From Chloroflexi bacterium UBA4730 (lineage in GTDB: Bacteria > Chloroflexota > Limnocylindria > P2-11E): DNA of 64,000 bases. The stretch lies in contig DHJC01000081.1 of NCBI GenBank assembly GCA_002404155.1, positions 4,520-68,519 of the forward strand, read 5' to 3'. This document shows positions 42,678 through 51,288 of this stretch, in pieces. Under the pieces are notes generated by a model. The model had not been told where the DNA came from. It did not search any database and was given only the letters and a program-made list of their open reading frames with translations. The first letter of the stretch is position 1, and each line of letters opens with the position of its first letter. The position numbers were made by a program, and so were the translations under genes.

Positions 42678-43781
42678 GTGTGGCAGGCTATGAAGGTGAG
42701 CGACCGGCTTCCCCGCCCGCGACCTGATCTCGCGACGTTCCAGGCGTACCGCACCCAGCAGATGGCCGCCGACGTCAGGGTGCACGCCAACGAATGGGCC
42801 GAGCCGAATCCGGTCAGCGCCTACCTGAGTGCGGCCGAGCTTGACGACATCCTCCTCAACCGCTACCCGACCGCGCTCGCGAGCGCGGAGCTGCGCGAGG
42901 CGCTCGCCCGGCGCCTCGGCGTCAGGCCCGATCAGCTGATCTTCGGGAACGGCAGCAACGAGGTGCTCCTCAGCACGTTCCTCGTCTTCGGCGGGCACGG
43001 CCGCAGCACCTTGCTCTTCCAGCCGACCTACTCGATGCACGCCCGGCTGGCGCAGATCGCCGGCGGGACCGTCGCCGAGGAGCACATCGGTCTTCCGTAT
43101 CTGCTGACCGAGCAGCGCGCGCTCGCCGCGCTGGATCGGGTGCGGCCGCAGATCGTGTGCTTCACGACGCCAAACAATCCGACCGGCAACTTGATCGACG
43201 ACGCGGTCATCCTGGCGGCGGCGGAGCGGTACCCGGAGATGCTGGTCTTGGTTGACGAGGCGTACAGCGACTTCGCGGGCAACACGATCATCCCGGCGAT
43301 ACCGGGGCATCCGAACATCGTTGTCACGAAGACGTTCTCAAAGGTCCGCGCGGCGGCGGGCCTGCGGCTCGGCGTGCTCATCATTCACCCGCGCGTCGCG
43401 GAGATCTTCCGCGCGGTACAGCTGCCGTACAACGTCAGCCCGCTCACCACCGTCGTCGGCGGTCGGATCGCGCAGCGCGAGGACGATGAGCGACGGCGGA
43501 TCGCGCAGTGCGCCACGGAACGCGACCGCGTGTACGCCGCGCTGCGGCGCGCCGCCGGAGTGGAGGCCTTCCCGTCGGTCACCAACTTCATCCTGTTCCG
43601 GCTCGCCGATCGCACGCCCGCGGAGGTGCACGCGAAGTTCCTCGCGCACAGCATCCTGCTGCGCGACGTCTCGTCATGGCCGGGCTGCGCCGGCTGCCTC
43701 CGGGTGTCCATCGGCACGCCGGCCGAGAACGACCGGGTCATCGCGGCGATCGACACGGTCTTCTCCGCGGTGCGAGCGTGA
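42678..43781 (+). CDS. hisC: Histidinol-phosphate aminotransferase
   Basis: 367 aa class-II aminotransferase with PLP-Lys in TFSKVRAAAGLRLG. Confidence 0.9.
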   Translation: MWQAMKVSDRLPRPRPDLATFQAYRTQQMAADVRVHANEWAEPNPVSAYLSAAELDDILLNRYPTALASAELREALARRLGVRPDQLIFGNGSNEVLLSTFLVFGGHGRSTLLFQPTYSMHARLAQIAGGTVAEEHIGLPYLLTEQRALAALDRVRPQIVCFTTPNNPTGNLIDDAVILAAAERYPEMLVLVDEAYSDFAGNTIIPAIPGHPNIVVTKTFSKVRAAAGLRLGVLIIHPRVAEIFRAVQLPYNVSPLTTVVGGRIAQREDDERRRIAQCATERDRVYAALRRAAGVEAFPSVTNFILFRLADRTPAEVHAKFLAHSILLRDVSSWPGCAGCLRVSIGTPAENDRVIAAIDTVFSAVRA

Positions 43782-44380
43782 CCGCCGCGCGCGCGGGCTC
43801 GCGATCGCGGAAGACGAAAGAGACCGACGTCGCGGTCACGCTGAAGCTCGACGCGACGGGCCAGGCCCGCGTCTCGACGGGCATCCCGTTCATGGATCAC
43901 ATGCTCGAGCTCATGGCGGTCCATGGGCTCATCGATCTGACCGTGAAGGCCAGCGGGGATCTGCCGGTCGACCAGCACCACACCGTCGAGGATCTCGGGC
44001 TCGTGCTCGGTCGCGCGCTCGATGAAGCACTCGGCGATCGCGGCGGCATCGTCCGGTTCGCGTCGATCACCCTGCCGATGGACGAATGCCTCGTGAACGT
44101 GGCTGTCGATCTCGGCGGCCGCCCGGCATTCGCCTACGACCTCAAGCCGTCGGAGCGGATCGTCGGCAGCTTCGACACGACGCTGATGCCGCACTTCCTC
44201 GAGTCGCTCGCCCAGACCGGCCGGCTCACGCTGCACGTCACCCAGCTCCGTGGCGGCAATCCGCATCACCTGCTCGAGGCGACGATGAAAGCGCTCGGCC
44301 GAGTCATCGACGCCGCCGCCCGGCGGGATCCGCGACGCGCGGGCAAGGTCCCATCCAGCAAGGGCCGCGTGGGTGCGTAA
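43778..44380 (+). CDS. hisB: Imidazoleglycerol-phosphate dehydratase
   Basis: 200 aa from GTG overlapping the hisC stop. IGPD motifs (KETDVAV, MDHMLELMAVHG, HHTVEDLGL). Confidence 0.9.
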   Translation: MTAARAGSRSRKTKETDVAVTLKLDATGQARVSTGIPFMDHMLELMAVHGLIDLTVKASGDLPVDQHHTVEDLGLVLGRALDEALGDRGGIVRFASITLPMDECLVNVAVDLGGRPAFAYDLKPSERIVGSFDTTLMPHFLESLAQTGRLTLHVTQLRGGNPHHLLEATMKALGRVIDAAARRDPRRAGKVPSSKGRVGA

Positions 44381-44383
44381 GGG

Positions 44384-45010
44384 ATGATCGCGATCGTCGA
44401 CTACGGCGTCGGCAATCTCGCGAGCGTTCGGAAGGCCTTCGCCGCCGTCGGCGCGCGGGCCGAGCTGGTCAGCGACCCTGCCCGCCTGCGCGACGCGACG
44501 GCGGTCGTGCTGCCCGGGGTCGGGAACTTCGGCCACTGCTCCCGGGAGTTCCACCGCTTCGGCTTCGCGCCCGAGCTGCGCGGCGCCCGCGAGCGCGGTG
44601 TCCCGATCCTCGGCATCTGCGTCGGTATGCAGCTCCTGTTCGAGGGGAGCGATGAGGACCGCGGCGAACCCGGTCTCGGCTTCTACCGCGGATCCGTCGT
44701 CAGGCTGACCGGTGTGCCGCGCGTCCCCCAGATCGGCTGGAACGCCGTGAGGAAGATCGGCGATCACCCGTGGCTTCGCGACGTCGCGGACGGCGATCAC
44801 TTCTACTTCGTGCACAGCTACGCCGCGGAGACTGCCGAGGACGTCGTGCTCGGGACGGTGGACTACGGCGGGGAACGCCTCGCGATCGTGGGAGGTGACG
44901 GTCTCCTCGGGGTGCAGTTCCACCCGGAGAAGTCGGGGGCCAACGGCCTGCGGCTGCTGCGGGCCTTCGCCACCGCGGACGCGGCTGTGGTCACGAGCGG
45001 ACACCGCTGA
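44384..45010 (+). CDS. hisH: Imidazole glycerol phosphate synthase, glutamine amidotransferase subunit
   Basis: 208 aa class-I GATase with the catalytic triad context GICVGMQ and HSY. Confidence 0.9.
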   Translation: MIAIVDYGVGNLASVRKAFAAVGARAELVSDPARLRDATAVVLPGVGNFGHCSREFHRFGFAPELRGARERGVPILGICVGMQLLFEGSDEDRGEPGLGFYRGSVVRLTGVPRVPQIGWNAVRKIGDHPWLRDVADGDHFYFVHSYAAETAEDVVLGTVDYGGERLAIVGGDGLLGVQFHPEKSGANGLRLLRAFATADAAVVTSGHR

Positions 45011-45783
45011 TGCTCACCAAGCGCATCATCCCGTGCCTCGACGTGATGGACGGCCGGGTCGTGAAGGGCATCAACTTCGCCGACCTGCGCGACGCCGGCG
45101 ATCCGGTCGAGCTCGCCAGGCGCTACGACCGCGACGGTGGTGACGAGCTCGTGTTCCTGGACATCACCGCTTCGGCCGAACGGCGGCGCACGGTCGTCGA
45201 TCTCGCGGCGCGGGTCGCGGACGGGCTGTTCATCCCATTCACCGTCGGGGGTGGGATCGGCTCCGCGGACCTCGCGGGCGAGATCCTCCGCGCGGGCGCC
45301 GACAAAGTCGCCGTCAACAGCGCCGCGGTCCGCGACCCCGGGCTCATCTCCGAGATCGCCGGCCGCTATGGCTCGCAGGCGACCGTGCTCTCCATCGACG
45401 CACGGCGGAGCGGAGACCACTGGGAGGTGGTCATCGACGGCGGCCGGACCGCCGTCGGCCGCGACGCGATCGAGTGGGCGAAGGACGCGGTGTCCCGCGG
45501 CGCGGGAGAGATCCTCCTCAACAGCATCGATCGCGACGGCACGAAGCTCGGCTTCGACCTCGCGCTCACCGCAGCCGTCGCGGAGGCGGTCGCGGTGCCG
45601 GTCATCGCCTCCGGCGGCGCGTCGTCGGCGCAGGACTACGTCGATCTCTTCCAGCGGACGCAGGCGGACGCGGGCCTCGCGGCATCGATCTTCCATTACA
45701 GCGAGCTCAGTGTGGGCGGCGTGAAGGAGGTCCTTGCGGCCGCGGGTGTCCCAGTGCGTCCGCGCGAGCGGGCCTTCGCATGA
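45010..45783 (+). CDS. hisF: Imidazole glycerol phosphate synthase, cyclase subunit
   Basis: 257 aa TIM barrel (RIIPCLDV, ...GGGI...). It follows hisH directly, with no hisA/priA between them. Confidence 0.9.
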   Translation: MLTKRIIPCLDVMDGRVVKGINFADLRDAGDPVELARRYDRDGGDELVFLDITASAERRRTVVDLAARVADGLFIPFTVGGGIGSADLAGEILRAGADKVAVNSAAVRDPGLISEIAGRYGSQATVLSIDARRSGDHWEVVIDGGRTAVGRDAIEWAKDAVSRGAGEILLNSIDRDGTKLGFDLALTAAVAEAVAVPVIASGGASSAQDYVDLFQRTQADAGLAASIFHYSELSVGGVKEVLAAAGVPVRPRERAFA

Positions 45784-46394
45784 ACATCGCGGATGTGCGC
45801 TTCGACGAGCGCGGCCTCGTTCCGGCGATCGTGCAGGATGCGGGCACCGGCACGGTGCTCATGCTCGCGTGGATGGATCGCGAGTCGATCGAGGCGACCG
45901 GGCGGACCGGCGAGGTCCACTTCCACAGCCGCTCGCGCGACGCCCTCTGGTGGAAGGGCGAGACGAGCGGCAACACGCTCCACGCCGTCGAGCTGCGGAC
46001 GGACTGCGACGGGGACGCCATCCTCGTCCGCGCGCACCCGAAGGGGCCGGTGTGCCACACCGGCAAGGCGACGTGCTGGGGGGACGATCCGGCGCCGCCG
46101 CTCGCGCGGACCCTCTCCGAGCTCGCCGCGCTCCTGCGGGAGCGCAAGCGCGAGCTCCCCGAGCGCTCGTACAGCGCGGAGCTGTTCCGGAAGGGACGCG
46201 GGGCGATCGCCCAGAAGGTCGGCGAAGAGGCGCTGGAACTCGCACTCGCGGCCGTCGCGGAGTCGCCGGAGCGAGCGCTCTCGGAATTCACCGATGTCGT
46301 GTACGCGCTGCTGGTCCTAGCGACGGAGCTCGGGATCGGGGCTGACGATGTCGTGCGGTCGCTCGCGGAGAAGAAACGGGCCGCAGCCCAATGA
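45780..46394 (+). CDS. hisI: Bifunctional phosphoribosyl-AMP cyclohydrolase / phosphoribosyl-ATP pyrophosphatase
   Basis: 204 aa. N-terminal HisI (LVPAIVQD, CHTGK.TCW) and C-terminal HisE (ELPERSYSAELF...). ATG overlaps the hisF stop. Confidence 0.85.
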   Translation: MNIADVRFDERGLVPAIVQDAGTGTVLMLAWMDRESIEATGRTGEVHFHSRSRDALWWKGETSGNTLHAVELRTDCDGDAILVRAHPKGPVCHTGKATCWGDDPAPPLARTLSELAALLRERKRELPERSYSAELFRKGRGAIAQKVGEEALELALAAVAESPERALSEFTDVVYALLVLATELGIGADDVVRSLAEKKRAAAQ

Positions 46395-46545
46395 CCGGAT
46401 CGCCGCGCGTCGTGAAACTCGGCATCCTCGGCGGCGACGGAATCGGTCCGAGGTCGTCGAGGCGGCAGTGGTGGTGCTCGAATCCGCTGCGCCTCGGCCA
46501 GCAGGACGCGCGGCTCAACGGTGTCGTACGAGCGCTCTGATATAA
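46391..46545 (+). pseudogene. 3-isopropylmalate dehydrogenase (leuB-family) 5' fragment, frameshifted and truncated
   Basis: ATG overlaps the hisIE stop (ATGA). MTGSPRVVKLGILGGDGIGP then a 1-nt frameshift to EVVEAAVVVLESAA; homology ends ~46490. The IS21 end lies immediately downstream. Confidence 0.6.
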
Positions 46546-46765
46546 AGGAGACCCTCCGACAGCGACTAGTGGTGGTTGGCTTGATCGCCGCGCACTGTCA
46601 ACGGCGGCCGAAAAGTGACCCACCCTCGGCGGCCGAAAAGTGACCCACCCAAGCCGGGTGTCGTGGTACCCCGCGCGTCGATCCGTCGCCGCTGCGTCGC
46701 TCTGAGCGGCCCGTTTTCCGGTCCGTGGCGCTCGGACGCGTTCCGCGTGGCGCTGGCGACGGATC

Positions 46766-47545
46766 TCAGCGCAGCTGCGCGTTCTCGTCGGGCCGCAGGC
46801 GGGCGCCAGCGAGCTCCTTGCCGCGCAGTCGATAGCTGTCGCCCTTGAGCGAGAGGATCTCGGCGTGGTGCACCAGGCGATCGATCATCGCCGTGGCCAC
46901 GACGTCGTCGCCGAACACCTCGCCCCAGGCCGAGAACGGCTTGTTGCTCGTCATCACCAGCGAGGCCCGCTCATAGCGGCTCGAGACGAGGAGGAACATC
47001 AGGGTGGCGGCCGCGGGATCGAAGGGCACGTACCCGACCTCATCGACGATGACCAGCGGGACCCGGCCGAGCCGCCGCAGCTCCTCGGCGAGCTGTCCGA
47101 GGCGCTGGGCGTCGAGGAGCCGGGCGACCCACTCCGTCGCGGTGGCGAAGGCGACCCGGTGCCCGGCGAGGCAGGCCCGGATCCCAAGCGCGATCGCGAG
47201 GTGGGTCTTCCCGGTGCCGGGCGGGCCGAGCAGCACGACGTTCTCTTTCCCGAGGAGGAAGTCGAGCTGGGCGAGGTGCAGCGCGACCTCTTTCTTCACG
47301 CTCCGCTGGAAGCTCCAGTCGAACTCCTCGAGGGTCTTGCGGCTGGGGAAGCGCGCCGATCGGATCCGCGCGTCGCCGCCGTGGGCCTCGCGCGAGCTGG
47401 TCTCGCTCGCCAGGAGCGCCTCGGCGAAGCGCTCGTATGTCCACTCCTCGGCTCGGGCCCGCTCGGCGAGCTTCGGGAGGGCCCGGGCCGCGGCCGGGGC
47501 CTTGAGCGACCGGAAGCGGTGGGCGAGCTCGGCGGTCTGGGTCAT
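46766..47545 (-). CDS. istB: IS21-family helper ATPase IstB
   Basis: 259 aa with Walker A LLGPPGTGKTHLAIAL and Walker B LVIVDEVGY. Confidence 0.9.
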   Translation of the reverse strand: MTQTAELAHRFRSLKAPAAARALPKLAERARAEEWTYERFAEALLASETSSREAHGGDARIRSARFPSRKTLEEFDWSFQRSVKKEVALHLAQLDFLLGKENVVLLGPPGTGKTHLAIALGIRACLAGHRVAFATATEWVARLLDAQRLGQLAEELRRLGRVPLVIVDEVGYVPFDPAAATLMFLLVSSRYERASLVMTSNKPFSAWGEVFGDDVVATAMIDRLVHHAEILSLKGDSYRLRGKELAGARLRPDENAQLR

Positions 47546-47895
47546 CCGGGGATGAGCGCGTCATATCGCGCAAGGGCCCGCACCTCGACCAGCGGCGGCG
47601 CCGCGCGCCGCTCGCTCAAGATCCGCGCGTGCGCGGGCGCGGTGATCGTGCGATAGCGGGCGAAGGTCCGGAGGTGCCGCGCGACGAGCTCACCGGTGTC
47701 GAGCGCGACGGCAGCGACCTCGCGCGACGAGACGTGCAGCTCGACCCGCCGACCGACGCAGGTTGGATCGAGCGAATAGTCATTGGTGTCGACGCGCGCG
47801 TACGGCTGCGGCGGCACGCGCAGGACCGAGCGCCGGTCGAGGTCCGGGAGCGGCGCGGGCAGCGGCCGGAGCTGCTCGGATGCGTTCCAGGTCAC
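47542..47895 (-). pseudogene. IS21 transposase IstA, C-terminal fragment only
   Basis: A 117-aa ORF overlaps the istB start by 4 nt, as in IS21 istA-istB. Only the IstA C-terminal region is present (~117 of ~400–500 aa). Confidence 0.65.
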
Positions 47896-48169
47896 GCCGG
47901 TTGAGCACGCGATCCACGAGATAACCCTTCTCGACGTCGCGCGCCTTGCACTCTGCCGCGTTCATTGGGCGCAGGACGATGCGGAACGAGCCCACTCGGA
48001 CCCGCAGCCAGGTCCCCTTTCCCTCCAGCGATACGACATCGAGGTTATCGGGCCATGGCTCGGCGCTGAGCTCCTCCATCACAACGCGCTTGATCTCTGC
48101 ACCGACCGGCGTCTTGAGCAGCTTGGCCAAATCCTTCTGCGCAGATGAACTGAGGTCGACTCGGGCCAT
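47780..48169 (-). CDS. RelE/ParE-family type II toxin (3' end fused to or disrupted by the IS21 junction)
   Basis: Toxin core ...GTWLRVRVGSFRIVLRPMNAAECKARDVEKGYLVDRVLNRRDLE. The Ala/Pro-rich tail after ~residue 97 reads into IS sequence. Confidence 0.7.
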   Translation of the reverse strand: MARVDLSSSAQKDLAKLLKTPVGAEIKRVVMEELSAEPWPDNLDVVSLEGKGTWLRVRVGSFRIVLRPMNAAECKARDVEKGYLVDRVLNRRDLERIRAAPAAARAAPGPRPALGPARAAAAVRARRHQ

Positions 48170-48178
48170 TGGGCGTCG

Positions 48179-48490
48179 TTAGCGGCCGCGCTTGGCGGCT
48201 CGTTTCGCCAACTTGCGCGGCCGCGGTTGCGCGTTGAAGAAGGCGCCGGCCTCGATCGTCCGTCCAGCCCGGCTTTCCCGGTCAGCCACCGCTCGACTGC
48301 GCACGAACTCGGGCAGGTGCGCGAGCGCCCAGTCCTCCAGCGCCGACGCCGTGCTCGCCGCATCGAGGGGCACCAGCACAGCCACCGGGTGGCCGGACCG
48401 GGTGATGACCGCTGGACGGCGGGTATCTACCACCCCCGCGACGACCGCACTGGCGCTGCGCCCCAGTTCCTTCACGTTCACCACGCTCAT
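48179..48490 (-). CDS. Phd/YefM-family antitoxin
   Basis: MSVVNVKELGRSASAVVAGVVDTRRPAVITRSGHPVAVLVPLD, the classic Phd/YefM N-terminus. Palindrome GGTACGTACC...GGTACGTA lies just upstream (48500–48540). Confidence 0.8.
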   Translation of the reverse strand: MSVVNVKELGRSASAVVAGVVDTRRPAVITRSGHPVAVLVPLDAASTASALEDWALAHLPEFVRSRAVADRESRAGRTIEAGAFFNAQPRPRKLAKRAAKRGR

Positions 48491-48826
48491 CTCGGCACCT
48501 CCGTCTCGATACGTACCATAGTACATACTCAGGTACGTACCGTCTCGCGGGCCATTCATGGCGGCCCAGGATCCAATGCCCGACTACTGGCTTCGCCAAA
48601 TCCACCGAGACTCGCCATTCCCGCCTTGCCATTTCGGTGCGGCAGTCTTCGCTTCATGCTGCGGCCTGTCCGGTCGCGACCTCCTTTCGAGGTTTCAACG
48701 TGACGCTTCGACGTCGGGGTCTCCCCCTTCGCCGGCCACTTGCTACGGGGCTTCCTGGTCGTTAGCCCGGCGGGACTCACACCCGCCGGTGATCGAGCCC
48801 TTCACAGGGCACACGTGGATTCAGGC

Positions 48827-49501
48827 TTAGAGGTCGAGGGCCTCTGCCAATCCAACCGCGATCATCGCCATGTCTTGTGTGAAGAACTGGCTCGGCCTTG
48901 GCCGGCTCTGCCGCTGATCGAAACGAATCGTGGCGTTGGGCAAGAACGTCGAGAGCACGCAAACGGCTTTGCTCCCGTCGGAGAGAACCGGAAACCCTTG
49001 GCCGCCTCGATTGGGGCTGGTTGTAGTTCTCACGCAGATCGCGCCTCCGACAACGCGGTTGTAGTCGTCGCGGCTGACGACGACGCGCCGTTTTGTTTGT
49101 GGCGGGATACCCGCTGGCGGACCCGCGTAGTAGATCTGGGACCAGTGGGGGTAGTTGATCGGTCCGGGGACCGCGGACGGTGCATGTGGAGGTGTCCCTG
49201 TCAGCCTGGGTATCGCGAGCACATCGCGTACGAAATCCTCAACGGGTCGCAGCTGCACCGCAGTGAGGTTGCCGATCGCGTTTAGGAGCGTGGCCTTGGG
49301 AGTAGCGAAGAGCGGACCGGCGAAGGCGCCCGTGGCAGGAATCGCGATCCGTCCGGTCCCGGCCTCGTCATAAACGAGCGCGCCGCTGACGTCCTGGGTG
49401 TCTGCGTCATTCCACTGATCGTTGGTGAGGAGCAGGTATCCAACAGCACCAGACGCGGCCGGAGATACGAAGAAATAGATCGTTCCTCGCCGAATGGCCA
49501 C
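48827..49501 (-). CDS. Tandem-duplicated MazF/PemK-like toxin (two Kid-fold repeats in one 224-aa polypeptide)
   Basis: Residues ~5–100 (RRGTIYFFVSP...LLTNDQWN...) and ~120–224 (SQIYYAGPP...KRRVVVSRDDYN...GAICVRTTTSP...QFFTQDMAMIAVGLAEALDL) each resemble a complete MazF/PemK domain. Confidence 0.6.
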   Translation of the reverse strand: MAIRRGTIYFFVSPAASGAVGYLLLTNDQWNDADTQDVSGALVYDEAGTGRIAIPATGAFAGPLFATPKATLLNAIGNLTAVQLRPVEDFVRDVLAIPRLTGTPPHAPSAVPGPINYPHWSQIYYAGPPAGIPPQTKRRVVVSRDDYNRVVGGAICVRTTTSPNRGGQGFPVLSDGSKAVCVLSTFLPNATIRFDQRQSRPRPSQFFTQDMAMIAVGLAEALDL

Positions 49502-49507
49502 GCGCCG

Positions 49508-49765
49508 CTAGACGCCGCCCGCTTCGATGGTCCACTGCGTGGTCTGGAGCACATCCTCGTGCAGGTCGTCGTCGCCGGCCCACGCTGCGTACAGCGAAGC
49601 CCGCTCCTGTTGGCGGTGCTGGAGAAGGCGGAACTCGATGCCGTCCCGGGCAAGCTCAGACACCACCGTGCCGATCGGCGCTTCAGCGGCGAAGCCAAGC
49701 GCCCGCTGCTGGGCGCGCGCGGTCCTGAAGACTTCCTCTGCGATGCGGACTTGGCGACCGGGCAT
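49508..49765 (-). CDS. Putative cognate antitoxin of the tandem MazF (unknown family)
   Basis: 85-aa ORF (MPGRQVRIAEEVFRTARAQQRALGFAAEAP...) ending 7 nt upstream of the toxin start. Acidic C-terminus. Confidence 0.4.
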   Translation of the reverse strand: MPGRQVRIAEEVFRTARAQQRALGFAAEAPIGTVVSELARDGIEFRLLQHRQQERASLYAAWAGDDDLHEDVLQTTQWTIEAGGV

Positions 49766-49931
49766 CTTGCTTGCCTCCTGTAACAAATCGTGTGACTAAC
49801 CTGCACCAGATACTGCCACACCCGTGCCACTGCCGCAACGGCCAAATTAGGGCCCTTTTCTCGAGAGATCGACTCCGACCCGTGCGCTGTGAGCGTGCGC
49901 CAGGGCCTTGACCGTGGACCAAAGTCAGGCG

Positions 49932-50024
49932 CTCGCCTCGAGCCAGTGTCGGTGCTCGGCTGCTGTTAGGGCGTCAACTCGGAGGCGTGTCGCGCTGACC
50001 CGAATCCAGCCGGGTCCACGGAAG
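49932..50024. repeat. att-like repeat copy A: ~70-nt arm plus a 24-nt copy of the tRNA-Val 3' end (cgaatccagccgggtccacggaag)
   Basis: Positions 50001..50024 are identical to tRNA-Val 23384..23407. The arm (ctcgagccagtgtcggtgctcggctgctgttagggcgtcaactcggaggcgtg..gctgaccc) recurs at 51221..51288 and partly at 60981..61017. Confidence 0.6.
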
Positions 50025-50137
50025 TCAGAGCATGAGAGAACCGACCGCTCGTCTGATCGTGAAGCGAACCTCATCTCGAACTCGGCGAGGCGTAAAGCGA
50101 GCGCGGTGCTGAATCCTTGCTCCGCCGGCCCAGAGAG

Positions 50138-50683
50138 TCACCCGTCCTGGTCGACCGCGTCCATGTCCTCATCGTCCGCCGAGTCTGGCCGGGTCCGCCC
50201 GTACTGATCCGGTAGCACACCCCAGCCGAAGATCGGGACGATCTCGTGGGGCATCCGGCCATACTCCTCGATTGGATCAGCGTCGCCGCGAAGCACGGTG
50301 CAGCGGTGCTCCCAGCCATCGCCGAAATCGAACAAGTACTCGAACGAATCCCCCACCCCGAGCTCCGCTGCCCCGAGGGTCATCCTGCTCTCGTCAATCT
50401 CGTTCTCGTCGTCTCTGAACTCATCCGTATCAGCCATCCCGATCACACGGCCGTCTGAGAGGCGGAACTCGTGCAGGTGCGAACGGTCCCAGCGTGCGAA
50501 TGCGCGGTCGATCGCCGTCGCGAGCTCCGCGAACGTGTGGGTAGTGCTTGCGAGCAAGTCCCGGCCAGGCGGAGGCGAGAGTGATGCGCCACCCCTGGCC
50601 ACGAGCGCGACACGCAGGATGATCCAGCGCCGAGCGATCGGCGCTCGCGCGGTGATTCTCACTGCGCGCCTGCGCGCTGGCAT
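50138..50683 (-). CDS. pRiA4b ORF-3-like family protein
   Basis: Contains the family-typical DFGDGWEH motif. ATG shares one nucleotide with the hicA stop. Confidence 0.7.
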   Translation of the reverse strand: MPARRRAVRITARAPIARRWIILRVALVARGGASLSPPPGRDLLASTTHTFAELATAIDRAFARWDRSHLHEFRLSDGRVIGMADTDEFRDDENEIDESRMTLGAAELGVGDSFEYLFDFGDGWEHRCTVLRGDADPIEEYGRMPHEIVPIFGWGVLPDQYGRTRPDSADDEDMDAVDQDG

Positions 50684-50892
50684 CAGCGCGCCTTCCGTCC
50701 GCTGTCGGACCAACTCCAGAACTCGTCCCGAGAGACCTCGAGGTCGCGCATGAGGCGACTCAGGGCCTGCGGCCAGAACCCCTGGGACGGATGGCAGTGG
50801 ACGGCGACCTTCTTTCCGGATCGATTCGTGACCATGAGCTGCGGAGAGCCTTCACCTCGCAGGTCTGTTCCGAAGAACTTCAGGAGGTTCAC
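50683..50892 (-). CDS. hicA: HicA-family toxin (start may be a non-ATG codon slightly upstream)
   Basis: LKFFGTDLRGEGSPQLMVTNRSGKKVAVHCHPSQGFWPQALSRLMRDLEVSRDEF matches the HicA pattern (GF..R..GSH..., V.VP.H..L..GTL..IL...G.S.EEF). Confidence 0.65.
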   Translation of the reverse strand: MNLLKFFGTDLRGEGSPQLMVTNRSGKKVAVHCHPSQGFWPQALSRLMRDLEVSRDEFWSWSDSGRKAR

Positions 50893-50942
50893 CAGCTCCC
50901 GATACTTGAGCTCGGGGAGCGATGGCAGCTATGCGCCTCGGC

Positions 50943-51140
50943 TCAGAGTCGGATCAGCTCGACGTGTCGATCGGTCGCCCGCCGCGGCTCCTCCAGCAAG
51001 TCGGGGTAACGCGCCAGGAGCGCGCGAAGGTTGTCCTTTGCGTCCGCCTCAGTGGAGCCCTGTGCGGTGGCCCTCACCTCGGGAGCGAAGGCGATCCAGC
51101 CGTTCTCGCCCGCCCGCTCGGTCGTTATCGCGAGTTCCAC
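50943..51140 (-). CDS. hicB: HicB-family antitoxin
   Basis: MELAITTERAGENGWIAFAPEVRATAQGSTEADAKDNLRALL..., an RNase-H-like HicB N-domain, immediately upstream of hicA. Confidence 0.65.
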   Translation of the reverse strand: MELAITTERAGENGWIAFAPEVRATAQGSTEADAKDNLRALLARYPDLLEEPRRATDRHVELIRL

Positions 51141-51220
51141 GCATTCCTCCTAGGCCGGCGCTTGCTCAACACAGGATATCGCCGCGCCTCGCCCTCCTAC
51201 CTCCGACTTGGCTCTACGCG

Positions 51221-51288
51221 CTCTTCGAGCCAGTGCCGATGTTCGGCCGCTGTTAGAGCGTCAACCCGGAGGCGTGATGCGCTGACCC
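51221..51288. repeat. att-arm repeat copy B (no tRNA core); overlaps the 3' end of the PHP gene
   Basis: About 85% identical to the copy A arm over ~70 nt. Diverges where copy A has the tRNA-derived core. Confidence 0.5.

Larger units (their letters stand above)
46590..47900 (-). mobile_element. IS21-family insertion sequence remnant (istA 5' part and left end deleted)
   Basis: Intact istB (46766..47545) and a C-terminal istA fragment (47542..47895). Two tandem 24-bp copies of cggcggccgaaaagtgacccaccc at ~46597–46645 resemble IS21 multiple terminal repeats. Putative terminus TGTCAACGG at ~46590. Confidence 0.75.

Noticed and set aside
48545-48830. Small ORF MKRRLPHRNGKAGMASLGGFGEASSRALDPGPP and a structured-RNA idea for the 285-nt gap upstream of phd
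   Set aside because: Low GC3 codons (AGA, CGA, AAT, AGT, TTG) argue against coding, and the nearest RBS is >20 nt away. No match to known RNA families could be established by eye. Left as intergenic with a terminator-like hairpin and the phd operator.
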